Shown: piece after piece, positions 18,877 through 30,806 of the stretch | Numbering within the stretch: position 1 is the stretch's first letter | Layout of the letters: every line of letters begins with the position of its first letter | DNA from: Candidatus Collierbacteria bacterium | GTDB taxonomy: Bacteria > Patescibacteriota > Microgenomatia > UBA1400 > JACPES01 | Assembly: GCA_016219325.1 (NCBI GenBank) | Contig: JACRNH010000002.1 | Location: forward strand, 3,862-67,861 | Length of the DNA: 64,000 bases | Reading direction: 5' to 3' | Made by a program: the position numbers and the translations under genes | The notes under the pieces: model-generated | Told to the model about the DNA's origin: nothing | Seen by the model: only the letters and a program-made list of their open reading frames with translations | Database searches by the model: none

Positions 18877-20349
18877 ATGCCATTTGTTCCGACTGAAAAA
18901 ATAGTTTTAGGAAGCGCCCGCGAAGAAGTTAGCTGGCGATTAAAGAATCGGATTGCTCCGGTGAAAAGCGTCCCAGAAAGGCAAGCTGTTCTCGATGTCA
19001 GGAAAAAAATAATTGAAGGAAGAGGATTTCCTGCTCAAAGTGATGCTTTAGCAACCCATTTTACAGGATTGGTCGATGTTCTCGCCGGTCCATTTCCGGC
19101 TCTGGCCAGAGTTGAGGCTGCTAGAGCTATCGGTGAGATAATAGCTAAAGATAATTCTATGTTAAATCATAGGGATTTTCTAAGAAGCCTTGAAGCAATG
19201 CAGACTGGTCCGGACTTGCGTGAAGGACCCATAGCCCACGGAGCGTGGCTTGAAGCAATAGGTAAGACGCCTGATTTTTTACAGAAAAAATTTATTACTG
19301 CCGTTGGAGAAGATAATCCTAATGACGCTAAAAGATTGGCTTTGTCAATGGCAGCGATGGAAGTATTTACCGAATTAAAAGGCGCGTTTCTGGACATGGA
19401 GATGCCGGAATGGACAAGAATGAATGCCAATTTATCCATTAGTGGATATGATCTGGAAGAAGGTGAAAAGCGTCCGAAATGCGTTATAAAAATGGGTAGC
19501 CGGGAAGTGACGCAAGTTGACGATAGGGGCATTATTGAATACGGAACCCGTTTGCCGACACGAAAATCGATGGCAATCGTGGCGCATCTTGGAGTTCCGA
19601 TTCATGGGAGGTTTAATATTGGTGGTGAATCAGACCAAAGAAATTTATCGATTCTTTTGGCTGAACCGAAACTGGCTACTCGTAAAGCAGAGACCGATGA
19701 TATGCAGTTGGAAAAATGGCGTGGTATAAGGTTACCCGCGTTTGATATTCCGTCGGAAGATTCTCTCGGAGCAATGGAGGAGATATTGGAAGGAACAGGT
19801 AATTGTTTATTACCACAGGTACTAAAATTAGTGTCGTCAGGTACACTGCCATGGAATATTGCAATTCGAGTTTCCCGAGAGCTTCATACTAATTTTGATA
19901 CTTCAATTGGAAGACGCCAAGCATTATCAAAAGTACTCTCACGGCATCTTACTAAGCTTCAGCAACCGGTTGTGCTGGAGAAATGGAAAGATGGTAAACA
20001 GGTTGGGAGCGAGAGCACAACAATATTGGCGTCTCATTTGGAAGAATTCAACAATCGTGTGTGTGGTTTGTTAAAAAGCAAAGAAATTACGGAGAAGAAA
20101 GCCTTAGAAATATTAGAAACCACCGTTACCGCTGTTTTATGTACCAAAGAACCGGATGGAGATCTTGATATTGTCAGAAGCGAGCCGGAGCTTGTCAGAG
20201 TTTTAGAGATGCTGATGAAACAACGGATGTTGCCGGAAGACAAAAAAAGATATCCAACTTTAATTGGCGGAGCGGGCGAAATGAAAGCTGAAACAATTAG
20301 AAGTGAATCAACCCCGCTTAAAGTATTGCCGGAAATGATTAAAGACTAA
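18877..20349 (+). CDS. hypothetical protein
   Basis: 490-aa ORF, divergent from 17259-18797. Confidence 0.65.
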   Translation: MPFVPTEKIVLGSAREEVSWRLKNRIAPVKSVPERQAVLDVRKKIIEGRGFPAQSDALATHFTGLVDVLAGPFPALARVEAARAIGEIIAKDNSMLNHRDFLRSLEAMQTGPDLREGPIAHGAWLEAIGKTPDFLQKKFITAVGEDNPNDAKRLALSMAAMEVFTELKGAFLDMEMPEWTRMNANLSISGYDLEEGEKRPKCVIKMGSREVTQVDDRGIIEYGTRLPTRKSMAIVAHLGVPIHGRFNIGGESDQRNLSILLAEPKLATRKAETDDMQLEKWRGIRLPAFDIPSEDSLGAMEEILEGTGNCLLPQVLKLVSSGTLPWNIAIRVSRELHTNFDTSIGRRQALSKVLSRHLTKLQQPVVLEKWKDGKQVGSESTTILASHLEEFNNRVCGLLKSKEITEKKALEILETTVTAVLCTKEPDGDLDIVRSEPELVRVLEMLMKQRMLPEDKKRYPTLIGGAGEMKAETIRSESTPLKVLPEMIKD

Positions 20350-20971
20350 TTTCCTCTAGCCTTTCTTTTTTTTCCCTATACATAATTCCATTTTGGGCCA
20401 TGGTGTGGTCGGTAAACAGGATGCCGTTGAGGTGGTCAAGTTCGTGCTGAAAGACTCGGGCGGCTAGGGCATCGAGAGTAAATACTGAATACTGAATACT
20501 GAATACTGAATTGGATGAGAGCGATTGTTCTGTCAAGATCATTGTCTTTGTTTTGATCCACGGCCAGCGGAGGACGGTTCCGTAGATTTTTGGGATTGAC
20601 AGACAACCCTCAAGAAAGGGATGAGCGTTGCCCGTTGAGCGTTGTGCGTTGCTTTCGACTAAATCTTCTCCCAGAGTCATTTCTTTTGGATGGTTGACGA
20701 TTTCAGGGTTTATATAATAAATTAACTCCGGTCCGTCCTTCTTCCCTTTTCCTTCTTCCTTCTTCCTTCCCGCCTCCAGCAACGTTGCAAACACTCTTAC
20801 TGGTCTCCCAACCTGCACCGCCGATAAGCCAATTCCCTGGGGGTTAGATTGCCTTTTCAGGGTTTTGCCTAAATCAGCCATAAATTTTACCAACTCATCA
20901 TCAATTTTGTTAATTCCTTGGCTTTTGGAGCGCAATATTTTTGTGTCGTTTGGCACTGTTAAAATTCTCAT
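20339..20971 (-). CDS. def: peptide deformylase with three heptamer-array insertions
   Basis: GIGLSAVQVG, EGCLS, QHELDHLNG motifs. Confidence 0.95.
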   Translation of the reverse strand: MRILTVPNDTKILRSKSQGINKIDDELVKFMADLGKTLKRQSNPQGIGLSAVQVGRPVRVFATLLEAGRKKEEGKGKKDGPELIYYINPEIVNHPKEMTLGEDLVESNAQRSTGNAHPFLEGCLSIPKIYGTVLRWPWIKTKTMILTEQSLSSNSVFSIQYSVFTLDALAARVFQHELDHLNGILFTDHTMAQNGIMYREKKERLEEISL

Positions 20972-20986
20972 GGTAGAATTATACAT

Positions 20987-21274
20987 ATGTCAGAAATTGA
21001 TAAAGAGAGTGAGCCGGTTTATCCAACAAACTTAGACGTGGTTGATTTCAATGGCAATGAGCATCAGGTTATTGGGACAGTTAGAACAAAAGATCCATTA
21101 AAGGATAAATTTATTTTGAAAGATCTTCAAACAGGTGAAATATTTAGAGTGACTAACGGAGCCACTTTTTCTTTCGGCAAGATGAGAGATCCTGGTCAGG
21201 GGAATGTTTATAGAAGAGATGAAGATGTTAAAGTTACCGGAAAAATAATAAGTGGTGAAATTGAAAAAGATTAG
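20987..21274 (+). CDS. hypothetical protein
   Basis: 95-aa ORF. Confidence 0.55.
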   Translation: MSEIDKESEPVYPTNLDVVDFNGNEHQVIGTVRTKDPLKDKFILKDLQTGEIFRVTNGATFSFGKMRDPGQGNVYRRDEDVKVTGKIISGEIEKD

Positions 21275-21278
21275 AAAC

Positions 21279-21301
21279 TGTAAAGTATCTGATACTTTAC
21301 A
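21279..21301. repeat. palindrome TGTAAAGTATC-T-GATACTTTACA
   Basis: Identical 23-mer at 45151-45173. Confidence 0.8.
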
Positions 21302-21326
21302 TGCTTCGATTGGCGTCGTTAGAATG

Positions 21327-23426
<2,100 letters not shown>

Positions 23427-23436
23427 CTACTCAATT

Positions 23437-23673
23437 TTAGCAGTCGGAGCAAGGAGTAATAGAAGCTACCAAACTGTTGATATCAATTCTTTTTGAAGCG
23501 GCATCTCTTTCTTTTGCTGATTCAGCTTGAGCCATGGCCCCCAGATCGTCAACTGCTTTTATTTGATAATGATAAGGAGCGCCGGCTGCCTTCTCTTTAG
23601 CAAGAGTAGGCTCAATTAAGAGTTCATACCATTTTGTTTGGGGTGCTTGGCGTGCTTCAAGAATTCCATTCAT
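23437..23673 (-). CDS. hypothetical protein
   Basis: 78-aa ORF. Confidence 0.45.
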   Translation of the reverse strand: MNGILEARQAPQTKWYELLIEPTLAKEKAAGAPYHYQIKAVDDLGAMAQAESAKERDAASKRIDINSLVASITPCSDC

Positions 23674-23762
23674 AGCGAAATCATGATTTTACCACATTTA
23701 AAAAGGCCCGGCCTTTTGTGGCTAAAATTATTAAAGTTCTTGATGGTATAATCGGTGACAAT

Positions 23763-24287
23763 ATGGGAAAATCATTGTTTGAGATTGCCAGCGAGTTAAG
23801 GCAAGTCCTTGAAAAACATCCTGCCAGACAAAATAATTTGCCTCAAGTTAGAATTGCGCCATCGGGAGAAGACAAAATGGCAGCCATGAGACATTTTGGA
23901 TTTGTCGCTACCGATAAAACAGGTGTGTTTCATATTGAAGAGTCAGGCCATCCGGGCAACGGAAATTTTTTTGAAAAACGGTTGCCCAATGTATTGTTGC
24001 CAAATCCGTTAGCGGAAGTAAGAATTTCTGAAGATTCTGCGGTTGGTCTCCCGATTTTAGCTTACGGCTATATAATAGACGGGTCTTTTGTTTTGCCTGC
24101 AGCCGATTTTGATTTTATGGAAAAAATGACAAGGGATCAGGCTAGAGGTTGGGATCAATGGAGAGATCTGACTCCTACTGATTTGCAGATTTTGGAAAAT
24201 GGGCTAGTCTCTCTGTTAAACTCTCTTAAAGACCAGAAAGATGAAATTTTCATCACAATCCCTCTCCCGTCTCCGGTCAGAAAATAG
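23763..24287 (+). CDS. hypothetical protein
   Basis: ORF starting MGKSLF after TATAAT. Confidence 0.55.
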   Translation: MGKSLFEIASELRQVLEKHPARQNNLPQVRIAPSGEDKMAAMRHFGFVATDKTGVFHIEESGHPGNGNFFEKRLPNVLLPNPLAEVRISEDSAVGLPILAYGYIIDGSFVLPAADFDFMEKMTRDQARGWDQWRDLTPTDLQILENGLVSLLNSLKDQKDEIFITIPLPSPVRK

Positions 24288-24310
24288 AATTAATTTGGGC
24301 TAACGGATAA

Positions 24311-24560
24311 TCAAGAAAACCGTTTGACGGCGCCAACGGAAAAAACCAAGTCAAAGTCGGAACCAAATGTGGCAAAGTGTTTTATTTTGTTTGACTGCAT
24401 CGCTAACAAATGATATGCGTCGCGGGGTTTTAATTTGAATTTTTCCATATATTCAAATATTTTAAGTTGTTTTTTATTTTCCAACGGGGGATTTATAAGT
24501 TGTAAAAAGTGGAGGGACAGCAATTTCTTTATTAGAGCAAGATCTCTGGCAAGGTTAAAA
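24311..24560 (-). pseudogene. truncated PIN-domain gene
   Basis: C-terminal PIN motifs LKPRDAYHL..M and ATFGSDF, but no N-terminal DTN motif or ATG; left end is the stop, right end approximate. Confidence 0.65.
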
Positions 24561-24595
24561 CGGTGCTGGTTTCCAAGATAAAAGTTGTCAACTGC

Positions 24596-25651
24596 CTATC
24601 TCAACCCCCCAACTACCTTGACGCGGTTTAAGAGTCCGGGATTTTCGAGGACGATGGCGCAGCCGCGGACCACGGTCTCTAGCGGATTCTCCGCCAACCA
24701 TACCGGCATTTTTATCTGATCTTCCACTAGTTTGGTTAAGCCTTTTAATTGCGATCCGCCTCCCGTCATAATAAGACCGTGTTTGATTAGATCACTGATT
24801 AGTTCCGGCGGAGTTTCTTCAATAGTCTCTGAAACGGCGTAAACAATTTGGTTGACAACTTGCGATAGAGCCTCACGGACTTCATTGGAGGAGAATTTGA
24901 CTGATTTTGGCAAGCCTGTTTCCTGGTCGCGGCCGCGGGCTACGAAAACCAAATTCTTGTCTTCTTTTTCTGACGGAGCCGCAGAGCCGATCTTAATTTT
25001 CATGTCTTCAGCGGTATTTTCTCCGATAATGAGGCCATATTTTGATCTGGAAAAACCGACTAAAGATTCTGTCATTTCTTCGCCGGCTATCCGTAATGAT
25101 TTATTTACTACAATCCCTCCTAAAGATATAACCGCGATTTCAGTTGTTCCGCCGCCGATATCAACAATAATATGTCCGGAAGCTTCGGTAACCGGAATTT
25201 TAGACCCTATTGCTGATGCCATAGGCTCTTCAACAAGATAAGCTTCTCTGGCCCCGGCTGATAACGCGGCCTGTTGAACGGCCCGCCGTTCAACTTCGGT
25301 TACTCCTGAAGGAATTCCGACCGCGACTCTGGGGCGGGGGATTTTAGGAAACCACGAAGATCCTGTATGGATGACTTTAATCCAATGTTTTAACATGGCG
25401 GCGGTGGCGTCAAAGTCGGCGATAACTCCACCCCGTAAAGGTTTTATGGCTTCAATAGTTGAAGGGGTTTTGCCGAGCATTTTTCTGGCTTCCTCTCCAA
25501 CTGCCAATATGGCTTTACCTTTTTTAGCCCGGGCAACGACAGATGGTTGGCGGATAACGATACCTTTTCCACGGACATGGATTAAAGTATTGGCAGTGCC
25601 AAGATCAATACCGACATCGTGAGTAATAAAACTTAAGAAACGATTAAACAT
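24596..25651 (-). CDS. mreB: rod shape-determining protein MreB
   Basis: GIDLGTANT, EEPMASAIG, VDIGGGTTE, TGGGS. Confidence 0.97.
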   Translation of the reverse strand: MFNRFLSFITHDVGIDLGTANTLIHVRGKGIVIRQPSVVARAKKGKAILAVGEEARKMLGKTPSTIEAIKPLRGGVIADFDATAAMLKHWIKVIHTGSSWFPKIPRPRVAVGIPSGVTEVERRAVQQAALSAGAREAYLVEEPMASAIGSKIPVTEASGHIIVDIGGGTTEIAVISLGGIVVNKSLRIAGEEMTESLVGFSRSKYGLIIGENTAEDMKIKIGSAAPSEKEDKNLVFVARGRDQETGLPKSVKFSSNEVREALSQVVNQIVYAVSETIEETPPELISDLIKHGLIMTGGGSQLKGLTKLVEDQIKMPVWLAENPLETVVRGCAIVLENPGLLNRVKVVGGLR

Positions 25652-25654
25652 AAC

Positions 25655-25783
25655 CTGTTATCCGATTTCTGTTTTCAGTTATCGGATTCAGGTTTATCGG
25701 TTTTCAGTCTGTCGGTCTCGAAACCGGAAAACCGAAAACTGGCAAACTTGCAACCGAAAACCGATAACCGAGAACTGATAACT
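25655..25783. repeat. ~130-bp inverted heptamer element, intergenic
   Basis: TCAGTTATCGG../..AACCGATAACCGAGAACTGATAAC directly upstream of mreB. Confidence 0.85.
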
Positions 25784-25860
25784 AATTCTATCAGTTTATC
25801 GCTAATCTGCCACTGGCAATTTTGTTCTAGTTATGTAATATTGTGAGGGGGTAGAAAACA

Positions 25861-26502
25861 ATGAGCAGAAAACAGAAAACAATGCTTGCAGTATTCATTT
25901 CCCGCCTTTTTGATCCGGCCTGGATGATTCCCGGGATGTTGGCGGCGGCTGCCGGGTGGAGCTTGCTTAACGGTTTGAGATGGCGTTTTATAGTCATATT
26001 GCTTTTGATTGATGGATTAATTCCTTTCCTGTATTTTGTTCATCTTTTATCTACTAAAGAGATATCCGATTGGGATACCACTAAACGCGAACAAAGAATA
26101 AAGCTCTACGCATTTACTTTGGTATGTCATTCAACAGGAGTGATTATGGCTTGGTTGTTGGGGAAAATAATGCTGGCAAAAATTCTTCTTATATTTCTAG
26201 TGTTGGCTGCGGTTTTTACTCTGATAACTTTAATCTGGAAAATATCAATTCATACAGGGGTAGTATCGGCTGCAGTGATTTTCTTAAGTTTTTTGTTTGG
26301 ACGGAATTGGCTGTGGTTATTTTTAATAGTAGCGTTGGTAGCTTGGGCCAGAATAACCATGAAAAAACATACTTTATTACAAGCAGTAGCCGGCGCCGCG
26401 GTGGGAGCCGGAATAATTTTCATAGGATTTCGTCTGTTAGGGATTAATTCTGAAGCAGCTATTTATTCCAGCCGGATTTGCACATTGGGAAAATGGTGCT
26501 GA
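25861..26502 (+). CDS. PAP2-like membrane protein
   Basis: WKISIHTG, WARITMKKHTLLQAVAG; the N-terminal MSRKQKTM is repeat-derived, so the start may be 25882. Confidence 0.75.
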   Translation: MSRKQKTMLAVFISRLFDPAWMIPGMLAAAAGWSLLNGLRWRFIVILLLIDGLIPFLYFVHLLSTKEISDWDTTKREQRIKLYAFTLVCHSTGVIMAWLLGKIMLAKILLIFLVLAAVFTLITLIWKISIHTGVVSAAVIFLSFLFGRNWLWLFLIVALVAWARITMKKHTLLQAVAGAAVGAGIIFIGFRLLGINSEAAIYSSRICTLGKWC

Positions 26503-26506
26503 ATTT

Positions 26507-27295
26507 ATGCAGTTATCTAAAATATTATTTATTTTAACCGTCGGTATATTCGTGAGTTTGGGGATAATGCTTTTTGACTCTTTCGGAAAATTGCTTTGGT
26601 TAAGGGGAGGAATTGAGACATTGTCCGGTCCGGAATTAAAAGCAGGACTGTCGATTTCCGGAAAATTTGATTATTTAAAAAAAACAGCCTGGAAAGTTTT
26701 GATGAAAAATCAGGAAACTAATATAATTTTGGACAGATTGGCAAATCTGGAAAAAGACACTCTTGAAATAGAAAGATTAAGACAGGAAAATGAAAATTTG
26801 CGTAAAGTGCTTGGGGCCGAAAAAATCGCTGATATTAAATTAGAACCAGCGAAAATATTATCTTTTAATAACCAGTCTTTAATTGTTAATAAGAGCCGGG
26901 CGGCGCCGGGACTGGCAGCGGTAAATTCCGAATATGTTCTTCTGGGCATCTTGGGAAATTCAGGAAAATGGAATTCGCTTGTCAAGCTTTTAGCTGATCC
27001 ATCAGTAAAGATTCCAGTGAAAATTGTATTGCCTGACCAAACTACTGCGTCCGGGGAAGCTGTGGGGGAATTCGGAGGCAGGATTTCTTTGGAAAAAATA
27101 TTGACATCGGTTGATATAAAAAGCGGCCAACCGGTTTTTACCAGCGGGACTGACGGGTTGCCGTCTGATCTTTTAATTGGCTGGGTTGGAGACGGGATTC
27201 AAAAAACTGAATCCGCGGTTTTTCAAAAGGCTTATATCCGGCCGGCTGCGGATCCTGCCGGTATCAGCACTATTTTCTTTATATTAAATGAGTAA
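26507..27295 (+). CDS. mreC: rod shape-determining protein MreC
   Basis: N-terminal TM, LRQENENLRKVL coiled coil, VFTSGTDGLP.DLLIG. Confidence 0.9.
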   Translation: MQLSKILFILTVGIFVSLGIMLFDSFGKLLWLRGGIETLSGPELKAGLSISGKFDYLKKTAWKVLMKNQETNIILDRLANLEKDTLEIERLRQENENLRKVLGAEKIADIKLEPAKILSFNNQSLIVNKSRAAPGLAAVNSEYVLLGILGNSGKWNSLVKLLADPSVKIPVKIVLPDQTTASGEAVGEFGGRISLEKILTSVDIKSGQPVFTSGTDGLPSDLLIGWVGDGIQKTESAVFQKAYIRPAADPAGISTIFFILNE

Positions 27296-27719
27296 TATTT
27301 TATTACTGATATTAACATTGATAATCTCCGGAACGGAACCATTTTGGAATTCTTTTAGTTTAGCGGTTATTTGGGCTGCTGTTTTAGGGGTGAAAAAACA
27401 CAATGCTTCCGGAGCGTTCCAGGTATTTTTTTTAGGGTTGGTTAGAGACGTATTGCTGGTAAATAAGTTAGGCCAATCTTCTGCTGTCTTATTGATTGTT
27501 TGGGCCGCAGCAGCAGCGATAACTTCTAAACTATCCCGGAATTTGTTTGCGGTTACGGTTCCGGCTTTAGCGGGATACTTGGCTGTTAGTTTATTGGAAA
27601 CAGGAAAAATTAATTTTTGGGGAATGGTAATTACTGCGATATTTTCAGCGATAGTTATTGCAATCTGGACTTGGAAAAATTCCCGGGAGACGGGGATCAG
27701 AGTCCGTTTATCTTCATGA
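27288..27719 (+). CDS. mreD: MreD-like membrane protein
   Basis: Hydrophobic, GLVRDVL...LG motif, between mreC and pbp2. Confidence 0.65.
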   Translation: MSNILLLILTLIISGTEPFWNSFSLAVIWAAVLGVKKHNASGAFQVFFLGLVRDVLLVNKLGQSSAVLLIVWAAAAAITSKLSRNLFAVTVPALAGYLAVSLLETGKINFWGMVITAIFSAIVIAIWTWKNSRETGIRVRLSS

Positions 27720-29452
27720 AATTCGGGCCATTAGGATCGTCAACTAATATTCAGAAGCATAATTTTTTACCATTGGGAATAATAGTAATAATTATGATGT
27801 CTGTATTGGGGATAATTTTAGCCAGGTTGACGACTCTGACTGTTTTTCGCGGTCAAGAATTGAGGCGCAGGGCAGATGAAAATAGAATTCTGATTAGGAA
27901 AATTCCCGCTCCGCGAAGAATTATTTTTGACCGTAACGGCAAGGCTTTAACCAGGAATGCTCCTGAAGGAAGGATATATCCATTTGAAAAAAATTTTACT
28001 CATGTGATTGGTTATGTAGGTGAAGTTTCAGAAGATGAAATGCAAAACGATTCATCTTTAAATATCGGAGATGCCATTGGCAAATCAGGCTTGGAAAAAC
28101 AATATGATAGAACATTGAGGGGGGTAGACGGGGCAGAATTGATCGAGGTGGACGCTATGGGGAATTTGCTTGGCGTTTTAGAAGATTTGCCGCCTCAATC
28201 AGGCAAAGATCTACACACAAATTTAGATGCTAATTTGCAAATTGCGATGACAGAGAGTTTAGGAGATAGAAAAGGAGCGGCTGTGGCAATTGATCCGGTT
28301 GACGGAACCGTATTGGGATTGGCGTCAAGTCCGGCGTATGATCCGAATGTGTTTGGGAAAATAATGAGCAATGAGCAGAAAATAGAAAGTAATGAAAAAG
28401 AAATTCAAAACTTGCTAACAGATACGATAAATCTTCCTTTGTTCAATCGCGCCATTTCAGGAGAATATCCGCCGGGATCAATTTTTAAGTTGGTAACTGC
28501 AGCTGCGGGATTGGCGGAAAATAAAATTAACAGCCGGACTTTGATTATGGATACAGGGGAAATTAAAATCGGGGCATTCCGGTTCGGGAATTGGTATTTT
28601 GATCAGTATGGAAAAACAGAAGGTGAAATCGGAATCATCCGAGCCCTGGCCAGAAGCAATGATATTTTTTTCTATAAGGTCGGGGAATTGCTTGGTCCGG
28701 ATTTACTATCCGGTTGGGCTAGGAAATTTGGCTTGGGGGAAAAAACAGAAATTGATCTTATCGGTGAAGTTGACGGATTGGTCCCGGATTCTAAATGGAA
28801 AGAAAAAACAACAGGCGAAAGATGGTTTTTAGGAAATACTTATCATATGGCTATTGGTCAGGGGGACGTTCAGTTAACCCCTTTGCAGGCGGCAATGATG
28901 GCGGGGGCGGTGGCGACGGGGAAAAAATGTCAGCCGCGCATTGCCAATTCAGTATTCAGAATTCAGAATTCAGAATTAAATTGTCAGGATATTGGGATAT
29001 CTGACCAAGACCGAAATTTAATTTTAGAAGGTATGGTTGGAGCTTGTTCAACCGGCGGTACCGCCTTTCCATTTTTCCCCTGGAATCAATCAATTGAAGG
29101 TCTAACCTTCAATAAAGCCATACATCAATCAAATGGTATAAGCAATTATCCGGCTGTGGCCTGTAAAACCGGAACTTCCCAGCATGGTGGAAAACAAATC
29201 AAACCGCACGCCTGGATAGTAGTGGTAGGCCCGATAGCGCAGCGGAATTCAGAATTCAGAATTCCCTGCCCGCCATCGGCTATCGCCGAAGGCGATTGCA
29301 GGCGGGAGAATTCAGAATTATATAAGTTGGATTTGGAATCAAAAAAACGAATTGTTTTGGTGGTGATGTTGGAGGATGCAGGAGAGGGCTCTTACGAAGC
29401 CGGTCCGGTTGCCAAAAAGATTTTGGAAAAGTGGTTTAAAAATGACGATTGA
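27716..29452 (+). CDS. mrdA: penicillin-binding protein 2 (class B) with repeat insertions
   Basis: YPPGSIFK (SxxK), SND (SxN position degenerate), KTGT; IGKSGLEKQYD. Confidence 0.92.
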   Translation: MKFGPLGSSTNIQKHNFLPLGIIVIIMMSVLGIILARLTTLTVFRGQELRRRADENRILIRKIPAPRRIIFDRNGKALTRNAPEGRIYPFEKNFTHVIGYVGEVSEDEMQNDSSLNIGDAIGKSGLEKQYDRTLRGVDGAELIEVDAMGNLLGVLEDLPPQSGKDLHTNLDANLQIAMTESLGDRKGAAVAIDPVDGTVLGLASSPAYDPNVFGKIMSNEQKIESNEKEIQNLLTDTINLPLFNRAISGEYPPGSIFKLVTAAAGLAENKINSRTLIMDTGEIKIGAFRFGNWYFDQYGKTEGEIGIIRALARSNDIFFYKVGELLGPDLLSGWARKFGLGEKTEIDLIGEVDGLVPDSKWKEKTTGERWFLGNTYHMAIGQGDVQLTPLQAAMMAGAVATGKKCQPRIANSVFRIQNSELNCQDIGISDQDRNLILEGMVGACSTGGTAFPFFPWNQSIEGLTFNKAIHQSNGISNYPAVACKTGTSQHGGKQIKPHAWIVVVGPIAQRNSEFRIPCPPSAIAEGDCRRENSELYKLDLESKKRIVLVVMLEDAGEGSYEAGPVAKKILEKWFKNDD

Positions 29453-30641
29453 GGATTTAAAGAAAAAAATCAAGAAGTTGGGGCTGACAATTGACGGCGA
29501 AAACGGCCGGGTGCTGGTGGAGTGGAAGAAGGTCCCGTTTGCCGAAACCGATAGGCCATATTGGGCTGGTTTGTCTTCAATAGACGGAGTCGGTCCGAAT
29601 GCTTTACCGCTTTTGGTATCGTGTTTTGGGTCAGCCAAAAACGTTCTGTTTGCGGATAAAGAATTGTTAACGCAAGCGGGAATACCGGTAAATGTGGCAG
29701 CGAGGATTATTGGATTTTCCGGTAAAAATGATATTAACAAATGGTTTGATAAGGCTCTTAATCCTGAGCCTAATATTAATTTATCTTTCCTGACTCCAAA
29801 AGATAAAGATTTTCCGGAGAGATTATTGAGCATGTCAGGAGCTCCAAGCCACTTGTGGGTTTGGGGGGATAAGACAATATTGAACCAAAAACGAATTGTA
29901 GCAATAGTCGGAACCAGAAAAATTACCCCTTACGGCCGGTCTGTAACAGAAATTCTAGCTGAAGGCTTGGCAATCAGAGGACTGATCGTCATTTCAGGAT
30001 TGATGTATGGTGTTGACGAGGTCGCGCAAAGAGCGGCATTGAAAAACAAAGGGATAGTCATAGGGGTTTGGGCCGGAGGGATAACCCGGAAATCTTTTGG
30101 CAGCCGAGCCCGGTTAGCCTACGAAATAGTTTCAAATAATGGGGCAGTTGTTTCGGAATTCTCATTTGAGAAATTTCCTTTTAAAGGCACATTTCCGGCC
30201 CGCAATCGAATCGTTTCCGGATTATCTGCCGGAGTAGTAATTACTGAAGCGGCGGCAAAGTCCGGCAGTCTTATCACCGCGGATTGCGCTCTTGATCAGG
30301 GTAAGCCGGTAGGCGCCGTCCCTGGTCCGATAACCAGTCCGTTGTCTGAAGGCCCTAATGAGTTATTAAAAAATGGAGCCACTCCAACTACCAATGTTAT
30401 GGATATCTTGAATATGTGCGGATTAACCGGAAAGAATCTTGATAAAACTTTTCAATATATTCCTAAAAATGATAACGAAAAATTAATTCTTAAGCTTTTG
30501 GCAGATCAAAATTTGACGGTTGACGATTTAGTCAGGGTGTCATCTTTTCCCATATCTGAAATTTCGGAAACTTTAACATCTTTGGAATTATCAGGAGTAG
30601 TCGAACAAGTGGGGGAAGAGTGGAGGAAGCTAGCAAATTAA
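29442..30641 (+). CDS. dprA: DNA-processing protein DprA
   Basis: VAIVGTRK.T.YG, ISGLMYGVD, FPARNRIVSGLS, SGSLITA; C-terminal wHTH. Confidence 0.95.
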   Translation: MTIEDLKKKIKKLGLTIDGENGRVLVEWKKVPFAETDRPYWAGLSSIDGVGPNALPLLVSCFGSAKNVLFADKELLTQAGIPVNVAARIIGFSGKNDINKWFDKALNPEPNINLSFLTPKDKDFPERLLSMSGAPSHLWVWGDKTILNQKRIVAIVGTRKITPYGRSVTEILAEGLAIRGLIVISGLMYGVDEVAQRAALKNKGIVIGVWAGGITRKSFGSRARLAYEIVSNNGAVVSEFSFEKFPFKGTFPARNRIVSGLSAGVVITEAAAKSGSLITADCALDQGKPVGAVPGPITSPLSEGPNELLKNGATPTTNVMDILNMCGLTGKNLDKTFQYIPKNDNEKLILKLLADQNLTVDDLVRVSSFPISEISETLTSLELSGVVEQVGEEWRKLAN

Positions 30642-30653
30642 ATAATAAAAAAA

Positions 30654-30785
30654 CCGTTATCAGTTTTCGGTTATCAGTTATCAGTTTCAGGTTGGTCGGT
30701 TTTCGGTTAATCAGTTTCCGAAACCGGCAAACCGAAGACCGATGGACTATAAACCGAAAACAGAAAACTGAGAACTGATAACCGG
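30654..30785. repeat. ~130-bp inverted heptamer element, intergenic
   Basis: TTATCAGTTTTCGGTTATCAG../..AAAACTGAGAACTGATAACCG between dprA and topA. Confidence 0.85.
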
Positions 30786-30806
30786 CACTATGATATTCTT
30801 CACATT

